A model generated the notes under the pieces. It did no database searches and was not told the origin of the DNA. It worked only from the letters and a program-made list of their open reading frames with translations. Shown one piece after another: positions 1 through 8,386 of a DNA stretch of 64,000 bases. The position numbers and the translations under genes are program-made. Within the stretch, counting starts at the first letter, position 1; each line of letters starts with the position of its first letter. Origin of the DNA: an uncultured Thermoleophilia bacterium (GTDB lineage: Bacteria > Actinomycetota > Thermoleophilia > Solirubrobacterales > 70-9). The stretch is taken from NCBI GenBank assembly GCA_963720455.1, contig OY970392.1:1379745-1443744 (forward strand), in the 5' to 3' direction.

Positions 1-8
1 ACCGCGGC

Positions 9-1178
9 CTAAGCCGCGGCTTCGGCCAGGCTCTGACGCAGCGCCTCGACCACCCGCTGCAGGCGCTCCTCGCCCAGGTGCGGGTAGAGCGGCAAGGTCA
101 GCTGCGTGCGCGCCGCCCGTTCGCAGCGCGACAGCTTCGTCTCCCCCGCCCCGTAGGCGGTGAATTCGCTGATCGAGGGGTAGAGGACGCTGGTCTGGAC
201 CTTGTGCTCCTCGCTCAGCAGCTTGCGCACCGGGTCGCGCAGCCCGTCGTCCCCGAGCATCACCGGCATCACGTAGCAGGAGCTGGCGTCCACCTGCTCG
301 TCGCCGTAGGGCAGAACCAGGCCGTCGACCTCGCGCAGCAGCTCGCGGTAACGGTGCGTCAGCTGCCGCCGCGCGGCGATGTCAGCCTCCAGCCCGGTCA
401 AGCGGGCCGAGAGCAGCGCCGCCCGCGGCTCGTCGAGGCGGTAGTTGTAGCCGACCTCGACCACGTCGTAACCCATCGCGTGGCCGCGGTGGCGGTCCCA
501 GGTGCCGGAGGTCATCGCGTGCGAGCGGCGGCTGCGGGCCAGCTCGGCAACCTCGTCGTCGGCGGTCGCCAGCAGGCCTCCCTCGCCACAGGAGAGGATC
601 TTGTTGGAGAAGAAGCTGAAGGTCCCAGCCAGTCCGAAGGTGCCGAGCTTGCCCTCCACGCCCCCCGGCTGCACCGCCTCGGGACTGTGCGCGGCGTCCT
701 CGATCAGCGCCAGCCCGTGCTCGTCGCAGAGCTCCTGCAGAGGGCCGAGCGGGGCCGCGTAACCGCCGTAGTGGACCGCGCAGATCGCCTTCGTCCGCGG
801 CCCGATCCGGGCGGCGACGTCTTCGGGGTCTAGCCCGAGATCATCCTGGCCCGCGATCTCCGCCAGCACCGGAGTGCCGCCGCAATAGCGGACGGCCGCG
901 GCGGAGGCGACGAAGGTAATGCCGGGCACGATCACCTCGTCGCCGGGGCCGATCCCGGCCGCCAGGTAGGCGAGGTGCAATGCCGAGGTGCAGCTGCTGA
1001 CCGCGACCGCGTGCGGGATCTCCAGGTGCGCGGCGAACTCGGCCTCGAACTCCTTGATCCTGGGACCCATGGTCAACCAGCCCGAGCGCAGGGTCTCGGC
1101 CACGGCCTCGACGTGAGCCTCCTCGAGGCGGACGTCGAAGACCGGGATCGGCTCGGTCGTGGGGTCTGCGGGTGGCAT
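9..1178 (-). CDS. DegT/DnrJ/EryC1/StrS-family PLP-dependent aminotransferase
   Basis: From ORF 9..1379. Family-typical text includes GDEVIVPGITFVASA and FSFFSNKILSCGEGG. I moved the start to ATG 1176-1178 (MPPADPTTEPIPVF...) because the upstream 67 codons are low-complexity and run into the divergent neighbour. Confidence 0.85.
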   Translation of the reverse strand: MPPADPTTEPIPVFDVRLEEAHVEAVAETLRSGWLTMGPRIKEFEAEFAAHLEIPHAVAVSSCTSALHLAYLAAGIGPGDEVIVPGITFVASAAAVRYCGGTPVLAEIAGQDDLGLDPEDVAARIGPRTKAICAVHYGGYAAPLGPLQELCDEHGLALIEDAAHSPEAVQPGGVEGKLGTFGLAGTFSFFSNKILSCGEGGLLATADDEVAELARSRRSHAMTSGTWDRHRGHAMGYDVVEVGYNYRLDEPRAALLSARLTGLEADIAARRQLTHRYRELLREVDGLVLPYGDEQVDASSCYVMPVMLGDDGLRDPVRKLLSEEHKVQTSVLYPSISEFTAYGAGETKLSRCERAARTQLTLPLYPHLGEERLQRVVEALRQSLAEAAA

Positions 1179-1260
1179 CGCCACGACTGATTCAAGCAAG
1201 CACCCGGGAATCCCTGCATCGGCTCGCGGCACCTGTCCTGCGCCATACTTTCCGCCGCCC

Positions 1261-2391
1261 ATGCAAGGCAGAGGAATCAAGCTGCTGGCGGCGCTGGCCG
1301 TCCTGATGATCGCCGTCTTCGTCGCCGGCGCGCTGGCCGCCGCCAACGTGATCAACCTGCCCGGGAACCTGCGCACCACGCTCGGCCTCGAGGAGGGGAC
1401 CCCGAACCCGCCCTGCCGCGTCGGCCTCTACCGCAACAGCCCGAAGTCACCGCCGGCGCCGGCCGGGCGCTGGGACTTCGAACCGGAAACCCCGCGCACC
1501 CAGATCGAGGCGAGCGGGATCGCGATCGGGCCGATCATCTACGTCACCGGCGGCAGCCCGCCGGGGAACCTGCGCCGCGTCCTCGCCTACGACACCCGCA
1601 CCAAGAAGTGGAGCGACCCGACCCGCCTCCCGACCGGTCTCAACCACAGCCAGGCCGCGACCCACGACGGCAAGCTCTATCTCGCGGGCGGCTACCTCGA
1701 AGGCGAAAACCCGACCGACAACTTCTGGGAATACGACCCCGCGACCAAGCGCTGGGCCCAGCTGCCGCCGCTGCTGCGGCCGACGGCCGCCGGCGCGACC
1801 GTGGTCGTCGGCAACAAGCTCTACGTCGCCGGCGGCGCCCCCCAGACCTTCGGCGTCAGCGGCCCGATCGCCCCCTACCCCCAGCTGCAGATCTACGACT
1901 TCGAGACCGGCAAGTGGTCGCTGGGTGCCGACGTCCCCAGCCCCCGCCACCACGTCGGCGGCGCCGCCCTGGACGGCAAGCTCTACGTCGTCGGCGGCCG
2001 CGGCGAAGAAGACCACTCGCTGCCGACCTTCGAACGCTACGACCCTGCGACCGACAGCTGGGAAACGCTGCCGGACATCCCGCTCGGCGTCGCCTCCCCC
2101 GGCATGGTCGCGATCGACGGCAAGCTGGTCGTGGTCGGGGGCGAGGACCAGAACAACTGGGAGGACGGCGATGGCTGGGTCACCCCGAGCGCCTGGGCGT
2201 TCGACCCGGAGACGAACCGCTGGCAGCGCCTGCCCGACATGAAGTTCGAACGCCGCGGCAGCGGCGTCGCCGCCACCGCGGACCGCATCTACGCGCTCGG
2301 CGGCAGCTACTGCCCCGGCCTGAAGCCGGGCGGCCCGGTCGGGACGCACACGGTCGAGTCGCTGCCCGCGTCGGTGCTCAGCGGTAACTGA
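1261..2391 (+). CDS. Membrane-anchored Kelch-repeat (beta-propeller) protein
   Basis: From ORF 1159..2391, with start at ATG 1261 (MQGRGIKLLAALAVLMIAVFVAG = N-terminal TM anchor). Repeated kelch-like units are visible (GKLYLAGG, NKLYVAGG, GKLYVVGG, GKLVVVGG, DRIYALGG). Confidence 0.8.
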   Translation: MQGRGIKLLAALAVLMIAVFVAGALAAANVINLPGNLRTTLGLEEGTPNPPCRVGLYRNSPKSPPAPAGRWDFEPETPRTQIEASGIAIGPIIYVTGGSPPGNLRRVLAYDTRTKKWSDPTRLPTGLNHSQAATHDGKLYLAGGYLEGENPTDNFWEYDPATKRWAQLPPLLRPTAAGATVVVGNKLYVAGGAPQTFGVSGPIAPYPQLQIYDFETGKWSLGADVPSPRHHVGGAALDGKLYVVGGRGEEDHSLPTFERYDPATDSWETLPDIPLGVASPGMVAIDGKLVVVGGEDQNNWEDGDGWVTPSAWAFDPETNRWQRLPDMKFERRGSGVAATADRIYALGGSYCPGLKPGGPVGTHTVESLPASVLSGN

Positions 2392-2407
2392 GCGACATAC
2401 TCGTTGC

Positions 2408-3541
2408 ATGCAGGTCGGTGTCCCGAAGTTCTTGACCGGCGTTGCGATCGCGATGATCGCCGTCTTCGCTTTCGGGGTCCTCGCGGCGACCAACGCCGTC
2501 GACCTGCCGGGGAACTGGCGCACCACACTGGGATTGGAGAAGGCGACGGCGAACCCGCCCTGCCACGTCGGCCTCTACCGCAAGAGCCCGCAGTCGCCGC
2601 CGGCCGGGCCTGGAAGCTGGCGCTTTGAGCCGGAGATCCCGCGGGCCGTCGTCGAGGGCAGCGCGGTGGCGATCGGCCCGGTCATCTACACGGCCGGCGG
2701 CAGCGCCCCCGGCAACCTGCGACGCGTGCTCGCCTTCGACACCCGCAGTGGCCGCTGGAGCGAGCCGACCGCGCTGCCGACCGGGCTCAACCACGCCCAG
2801 GCAACGACCTATCGCGGCGATGTCTACCTCGCCGGGGGCTACCTCGAAGGGCTCGCCGCGACCAGCAGCTTCTGGCGCTACGACCCACGCACCGGGGAGT
2901 GGGAGCAGCTGCCGCCGATGCGCCTGGCCCGCGGCGCCGCCGCAGCCGGCGTGATCGGCCACAAGCTCTACGTCGCCGACGGCTCGCCCCAGGTTTTCGG
3001 CGTCGACAACCCGCCGAGCCCCTTCAGGAGCCTCGAGATCTATGACTTCGAGACCGAGAGCTGGACCACCGGCCCGGACGCGCCGGTCGCCGTTCACCAC
3101 GTCAACGGTGCGGTGGTCGGCGGCAAGCTGTATCTGGCAGGCGGCCGCGTCGACGCCGAGGAATCTTCGGACGCTTTTCTCCGCTACGACCCGGCGCGGG
3201 AACGATGGGAACGACTCCCGGATCTACCGCTGGGTGGGACCTCCTCGGCCGCACTCGTGGCGGCGGCCGGCACGGTCGTCCTGATCGGCGGTGACGACGA
3301 GCTGGGCTGGGAAGATGGCAACGGCTGGGTAACCCCGACCGCCTGGGCCTTCGACCCCGCGACGAACCGCTGGCGGCGCCTGCCCGACATCGAGATCGAG
3401 CGGCACGCGCTCGCCGCGGCCGTCGTCAACGGCCGCATCTACGCGATCGGCGGCGGTCCCTGCCCCGGCCTGAAGCCGAACGGCCCGGTCGGGACCCACA
3501 CGGTCGAGTCGCTGCCGGTCACTGCGCTCAACGGCGGCTGA
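2408..3541 (+). CDS. Membrane-anchored Kelch-repeat protein, tandem paralog of 1261..2391
   Basis: Same architecture and collinear similarity to the upstream gene: TM anchor, NPPC(R/H)VGLYR, kelch units, and a C-terminal CPGLKP.GPVGTHTVESLP. Confidence 0.8.
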   Translation: MQVGVPKFLTGVAIAMIAVFAFGVLAATNAVDLPGNWRTTLGLEKATANPPCHVGLYRKSPQSPPAGPGSWRFEPEIPRAVVEGSAVAIGPVIYTAGGSAPGNLRRVLAFDTRSGRWSEPTALPTGLNHAQATTYRGDVYLAGGYLEGLAATSSFWRYDPRTGEWEQLPPMRLARGAAAAGVIGHKLYVADGSPQVFGVDNPPSPFRSLEIYDFETESWTTGPDAPVAVHHVNGAVVGGKLYLAGGRVDAEESSDAFLRYDPARERWERLPDLPLGGTSSAALVAAAGTVVLIGGDDELGWEDGNGWVTPTAWAFDPATNRWRRLPDIEIERHALAAAVVNGRIYAIGGGPCPGLKPNGPVGTHTVESLPVTALNGG

Positions 3542-4721
3542 GCTCCAGGAACCGGCTCAGCGCGATGGCGAAGCCGGTCGCGATCGCCGGCACGAAGACC
3601 AGCTCCAGCCGGTAGCCCTGGGGGTTGTTCGCGACGAGCAAGAGGACGACGCAGCCGACGATCGCCCCGTGCGCCATCAGCCAGTAGGCGTCACCACGGG
3701 GGCGACGCAAGGCGACCAGCGCAATCGCCGCGAGGGCGACCGCGACCACCGCGTAGAGAACCAGCCCGGCGGCGCCGTGGTCGAGCGGATAGGTGAGGTT
3801 GCCCTCGATCGTCACCCACAGCTGTGCCGGATAGCCGGCGATCACGTGCCCCCAGCTGATATCGGTGGGAATCTCGTAGCCGGCGTAGATGTAGGCGAGG
3901 TTCTCCCGCACGGGGGCACCCCCGAGCAGCAGCGCCGGGACCGCGGCGGCGGCTCCGGCGACGAGGATCCAGACGTTGCGGCGCAGACGCTCCCGCCGGC
4001 GCCACTGACCAACCGCCAGCCAGAGGGCGGCGATGCCGAGGATCATCGTCGCGTCGCGGGTGATCGAGAGCAGCAGCATCGCGCCGATCCAGAGCGGCAG
4101 CCAGCGCAGGCCGCGATCGGCGACGAGGACGAGCGCCAGCAGACCGAGCGTCTCCAGCAGCACCCCCCAGGAATCGACGAACTGCCCGAACGACCAGCGG
4201 TACAGGGGCGGCAGCAGCAGGCACGCGAGGGCGCCGAGGATGCTGGTCGAGACGCCGAAGCGCCGCCGCAACAGCAGGAACAGGATCGCCCCGATCAGCG
4301 CGTAGCCGAGCATCGAGACCGTCTTCACCGCGGTCCCGATGCTCTCCCCCGTGACCTCGGCGACCGCGATCGCAAGGCCGGGGACGAGCCAGCGGCGCTC
4401 GTAGAACTGAGCGCTGAACCGCTGCCAGGCCGGGTTGAGGACGCGGTAGGCGCCGGAGGGCTCGTCCTCGATCGCCGCCGTTTCGCGTGCCCGCTCGCTG
4501 TCGAAGACCTCGTGCATGGCCTGATCGTGCGACTCCCCCTGCAGCTCCTTCGCCTGCACCTCGTAGAAGAGGCCGTCGGAGTTGGGATCGCCGTGCAGGA
4601 CAAGTCCAGGCAGCGCCAGCAGCAGCCCGGCGGCGAGCAGCAGCACGACCGCCCAGCGGTCGGAGAGGCGATCCAGAGCAGCGAAGGTCCGGGCGAGGCG
4701 ATCGGTCAGCGCCGCCGCCAT
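3528..4721 (-). CDS. Polytopic integral membrane protein (possible GT-C-like glycosyltransferase; function unknown)
   Basis: A 397-aa ORF with many hydrophobic segments and one soluble loop near the N-terminus. Codon pattern is typical for the window. No specific family motif recognised. Confidence 0.55.
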   Translation of the reverse strand: MAAALTDRLARTFAALDRLSDRWAVVLLLAAGLLLALPGLVLHGDPNSDGLFYEVQAKELQGESHDQAMHEVFDSERARETAAIEDEPSGAYRVLNPAWQRFSAQFYERRWLVPGLAIAVAEVTGESIGTAVKTVSMLGYALIGAILFLLLRRRFGVSTSILGALACLLLPPLYRWSFGQFVDSWGVLLETLGLLALVLVADRGLRWLPLWIGAMLLLSITRDATMILGIAALWLAVGQWRRRERLRRNVWILVAGAAAAVPALLLGGAPVRENLAYIYAGYEIPTDISWGHVIAGYPAQLWVTIEGNLTYPLDHGAAGLVLYAVVAVALAAIALVALRRPRGDAYWLMAHGAIVGCVVLLLVANNPQGYRLELVFVPAIATGFAIALSRFLELSRR

Positions 4722-4735
4722 CAGCCGGCCACCGC

Positions 4736-5251
4736 CTAACCCGGTTCCCGCCGCGGCACCAGCACCAGTCGCTTGAACTCCGCCACCAGCACCCCGTCCT
4801 GGTTCAGCACCCGCGTGTGGACTTTGACGATGCCGCGATCCGGCTTCGATTTCGACGGCTTGACGTCGAGCACCTCGGTCTCGCAGAAGAGGGTGTCGCC
4901 GTGGAAGACCGGGTTCGGGTGGCTGAGGTCTTCGGTCGCGAGGTTGGCGATCGCCTTGCCGGAGACGTCGGAGACCGACATCCCCAGGGCCAGCGAGTAG
5001 ACGAGCGGCCCGACGACGACGTTGCGGCCCTGCTGGGAGCGGTTCGCGTAGACGTCGTTGATGTGGAGCGGGTGGTGGTTCATCGTGATCAGACAGAAGA
5101 GGTGGTCGTCAGCCTCGGTCACGGTCTTGGCCGGCCAGTGCTTGTAGACGGCCCCGACCTCGAACTCCTCGAGGTAGCGGCCATAGCTGTGGGCGCCGGA
5201 TGCCTCGCGCTCGGCCTGGTCGGTGGTCAGCTCGTACTCCTGCTCGCTCAT
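4736..5251 (-). CDS. MaoC-family (R)-specific enoyl-CoA hydratase/dehydratase (single hot-dog fold)
   Basis: 171 aa. Contains TVTEADDHLFCLITMNHHPLHIN and GDTLFCETEVLDVKPSKSKPDRGIV, typical of MaoC dehydratases of the itaconyl/mesaconyl-CoA hydratase type. Confidence 0.85.
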   Translation of the reverse strand: MSEQEYELTTDQAEREASGAHSYGRYLEEFEVGAVYKHWPAKTVTEADDHLFCLITMNHHPLHINDVYANRSQQGRNVVVGPLVYSLALGMSVSDVSGKAIANLATEDLSHPNPVFHGDTLFCETEVLDVKPSKSKPDRGIVKVHTRVLNQDGVLVAEFKRLVLVPRREPG

Positions 5252-5319
5252 CTGGTCGGTTCTCCTCTGGGTTGGACGGCGCGGATGCTATCCGCGCACG
5301 ACAGCCGGTGGCGCGCCCG

Positions 5320-5685
5320 TCAGTGGACTTTCTTCAGTTTCGAGCGCTGCTCCTGGCGCTCGACCACCTGGGCGATCAGCTTCAGCACGTTGGAGTCGCC
5401 GCTGGCCTTGATGTGGCCGGTCTCATACGCCTTGCGGTAGCTGCGCAGCGTGCCTTTCTCGGCCAGCTCGTTGAACTGCGGGCGGTCGATTTCGACCAGC
5501 ACGCGCTCGTCCTGGGCAAGGTCTTTGCTGATCTTCGGGCCCGGCAGCTCGACCCGGTAGAGCTGGATGTCGTGCTTGGCTTTGAGCTCGAGGCCGACGA
5601 CGAGTTTCAGTTTCTGCAGGGCGGGGACTTCCGCCTGGAATCGCTCGACGGCGGTGCGGATCAGGTCGGCGGTAGAGCCTGCCAT
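5320..5685 (-). CDS. SCP2 sterol-carrier-like domain protein
   Basis: 121 aa. Has an SCP2-like layout ending ...ETGHIKASGDSNVLKLIAQV. Lies between the MaoC hydratase and the acyl-CoA dehydrogenase. Confidence 0.65.
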   Translation of the reverse strand: MAGSTADLIRTAVERFQAEVPALQKLKLVVGLELKAKHDIQLYRVELPGPKISKDLAQDERVLVEIDRPQFNELAEKGTLRSYRKAYETGHIKASGDSNVLKLIAQVVERQEQRSKLKKVH

Positions 5686-5689
5686 GCGC

Positions 5690-6904
5690 CTAGATCTTGT
5701 GCCTCTGGAGCAGCTTCTTGCCGATCACCATGCGCTGGATCTCAGACGTCCCCTCGCCGATCAGCAGCAGCGGCGCGTCGCGGTAGAGGCGCTCGATCTC
5801 ATACTCCTTCGAGTAGCCGTAGCCCCCGTGGATGCGGAAGCACTCCTCGACGCACTCCTTGCCGGTCTCCGAGGCCAGGAGCTTGGCCATCCCCGCCTCG
5901 AGGTCCGAGCGCTCGCCCGCATCCTTCATCCGCGCCGCCTTGCGGGTGAGGAGGCGGGCCGCCTCGATCTTGGTCGCCATGTCGGCGAGCTTGAACTGGA
6001 TCGCCTGGTGCTGGGCGATCGGCTTGCCGAAGGTCTTGCGCTCCTGGCTGTAGCGCAGCGCCAGCTCCAGGGCCCGCTGGGCGATGCCGACGCCGCGGGC
6101 GGCGACGTTGACCCGGCCGACCTCGAGCGCGTCCATCATCTGCACGAAGCCCTGGCCGACCCCTGCCTCCTCGCCGCCGAGCACGCGCTCGGGCCGGCAG
6201 CGGTAGCCGTCGTAGACGAGCTCGGTCGACTCGACGCCCTTGTAGCCCATCTTCTTGATCTTGGGAGGGACCACCAGCCCCTCGAAGTCGCCGCTGTTGG
6301 TTTCCGCCCAGGGCTCCTTCTCGGTGATGAAGCAGGTCATGCCCTTGTAGGCCGGTTCGGCCTTGGGGTCGGTCTTCATCAAGACGAAGACGACGCTGGA
6401 GCCGAGGCCGTTGGTGACCCACATCTTCTGGCCGTTCAGCTCCCAGTTGCCGTCATCGCCCTTCCTGGCGGTCGACTTGATGCCCTGGACGTCGGAGCCG
6501 ACCTCGGGCTCCGAAAGCGAGAAGGCGGCGCGGATCTCGCCGGTCGCCATCTTCGGCAGGAAGTATTTCTTCTGCTCGTCGGTGCCGAACTTCATCAGCA
6601 GGTAGGAGCCGATGAAGTGGGTGTTGACGACGCCGGAGATCGAGATCCAGCCGCGCGAGAGCTCTTCGACGATCATCGCGTAGGTCGTCAGGTCGAGCCC
6701 AAGGCCGTCGTACTCCTCCGGGATCGTCACCCCGAACAGGCCCAGCTCCTTCATTTCCTCGACGATCGGCTCCGGGAAGGAGTCCTCGTGGTCGTAGTGC
6801 TCGGCATTGGGGATGATCTTCTCGTCAGCGAACTGGCGGACCATCGCGGTCATGTCGCGCTGGTCGTCGGTCTGTTCGCTGTATGCGGCGGTGTCTACGG
6901 CCAT
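5690..6904 (-). CDS. Acyl-CoA dehydrogenase
   Basis: 404 aa. ACAD signatures present: AFSLSEPEVGSDV, WVTNG, and the C-terminal IGEGTSEIQRMVI catalytic-Glu motif. Confidence 0.9.
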   Translation of the reverse strand: MAVDTAAYSEQTDDQRDMTAMVRQFADEKIIPNAEHYDHEDSFPEPIVEEMKELGLFGVTIPEEYDGLGLDLTTYAMIVEELSRGWISISGVVNTHFIGSYLLMKFGTDEQKKYFLPKMATGEIRAAFSLSEPEVGSDVQGIKSTARKGDDGNWELNGQKMWVTNGLGSSVVFVLMKTDPKAEPAYKGMTCFITEKEPWAETNSGDFEGLVVPPKIKKMGYKGVESTELVYDGYRCRPERVLGGEEAGVGQGFVQMMDALEVGRVNVAARGVGIAQRALELALRYSQERKTFGKPIAQHQAIQFKLADMATKIEAARLLTRKAARMKDAGERSDLEAGMAKLLASETGKECVEECFRIHGGYGYSKEYEIERLYRDAPLLLIGEGTSEIQRMVIGKKLLQRHKI

Positions 6905-7084
6905 TTCTCCTGCTCAGGGTCGGTTGACGGCGGGAGCGGAAGGATATCGGCGCAGCCGCTCCGGGCGCTTCGCTCCAAGGCGCCCCCGAATCGGATCGGG
7001 ACCTCCGACCGGTCTCTCATATATCCGTCCAGTGCGTTGGGTGAGCGCTTGCCCCCTGCATAAGCCGATGACGAGAAGGGAGCG

Positions 7085-7705
7085 ATGGCATCGAAGCTCG
7101 GCACTGCGCTCGTGCTCGCCTCCCTGGCTTGCCTCTCCCTGGCTCCAAACGCCGCCGCCTTCGGCATCGGCGACCAGCGAGCGGTGACTCAGCCCGAGCG
7201 CTCGGCGGCGGCCCGGACCGCGACGGCCAGCCCCCTGATCGCGCCCGCGGCTACCTGCCCCGACCAGGGCAGCCTCACGGCGCCGGTGGCGACGCAGGAG
7301 CAGGCGATGATCTGCATGACCAACTTCGCCCGCGCCGCGAGCGGCCTCGGCACACTGGCCGAGGTCGAAGAGCTGGACCGCTCGGCCCTCGGCAAGGCCG
7401 GCGACGTGCTGCGTTGCGACAGCTTCAGCCATTTCGCCTGCGGTCGCGAATTCACCTACTGGATCCACGAGACCGGCTACATCGGCGAAAGCTGCTGGCA
7501 CGCGGGCGAGAACCTCGCCTGGGGGACCGACGAGTACGGCTCGGTGCGCTCGATCTTCCGCGCCTGGATGAACTCGCCCACCCACCGGCAGAACGTCCTC
7601 GGCGATTACGACCAGGTCGGGATCGCCCTGCTCACCGGCAGTCTCGAAGGTCGTTCCGGCGCACACGTCTGGGCCGCGCACTTCGGCTCGCGCTGCGAAG
7701 GCTGA
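7085..7705 (+). CDS. Secreted CAP/SCP-domain protein
   Basis: Has a signal peptide (MASKLGTALVLASLACLSLAPNAAA). The CAP-domain end motif is AWMNSPTHRQNVLGDYDQVGIAL. Confidence 0.8.
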   Translation: MASKLGTALVLASLACLSLAPNAAAFGIGDQRAVTQPERSAAARTATASPLIAPAATCPDQGSLTAPVATQEQAMICMTNFARAASGLGTLAEVEELDRSALGKAGDVLRCDSFSHFACGREFTYWIHETGYIGESCWHAGENLAWGTDEYGSVRSIFRAWMNSPTHRQNVLGDYDQVGIALLTGSLEGRSGAHVWAAHFGSRCEG

Positions 7706-7753
7706 ATTCGGAACGCGCCGCAGAGCCGCCGGGCGTTCTGATTGGCTTCGCGC

Positions 7754-8323
7754 ATGAACGAACCGAAAGCCGAGAAGTCCGGCGCCGACACCAACAAGGT
7801 CCGCAACTATGTCGCCCTCGCCCTGGTCGGGCTGGCGGCGATCCTGCTGGTGGTCTGGCTCGTTTCCGGCGATGACGACGACTCATCCACCAGCGGTTCC
7901 GGGGGAGCCGAGATCGTCAGCGTGGAAGAGCTCGAGGACGCGGTCGCCGACGAGAAGGAACCGGTCTACTGGGCCGGTGAGGAGGAGGGAGCCGAGCTGG
8001 AGCTGAGTCAGCCCGGCGAAGGCCGCACCTACGTCCGCTACCTGACCGGCGGGGCCGAGGCCGGCGATCAGCGGGCCGACTACCTCACGGTCGGGACCTA
8101 CGTCAAAGCGGACGCGGTCGCGGCGCTACGCCGTCAGGCCAAGGAATCGAACGGGGTGCTCGGCACCGCCCCCGGCCAGGCGGTCGTCTACTTCAACCGC
8201 AACCAGCCGACCAGCGTCTACCTCGCCTACCCGGGGGTCGACGTCCAGATCGAGGTCTACGACCCGGACTTCACCCGCGCCCTGCAGCTCGTCAACTCGG
8301 GTCAGATCGTCCCCGTCGGCTGA
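7754..8323 (+). CDS. Hypothetical membrane-anchored protein
   Basis: From ORF 7742..8323; ATG at 7754. One TM segment (YVALALVGLAAILLVVWLV), then an acidic linker and a globular domain. No family recognised. Confidence 0.5.
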   Translation: MNEPKAEKSGADTNKVRNYVALALVGLAAILLVVWLVSGDDDDSSTSGSGGAEIVSVEELEDAVADEKEPVYWAGEEEGAELELSQPGEGRTYVRYLTGGAEAGDQRADYLTVGTYVKADAVAALRRQAKESNGVLGTAPGQAVVYFNRNQPTSVYLAYPGVDVQIEVYDPDFTRALQLVNSGQIVPVG

Positions 8324-8330
8324 GCCGGCA

Positions 8331-8362
8331 CACCCGCCCCGGTTTTAAGACCGGGACGGGTG
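8331..8362. terminator. Hairpin between convergent genes
   Basis: CACCCGCCCCGGT-TTTAAG-ACCGGGACGGGTG: a 13-bp stem with one mismatch. Lies between the stop of 7754..8323 (+) and the stop of the collagen-like gene (-). Confidence 0.5.
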
Positions 8363-8386
8363 CTTGGCATCCCTCCTTGGGCGGCC

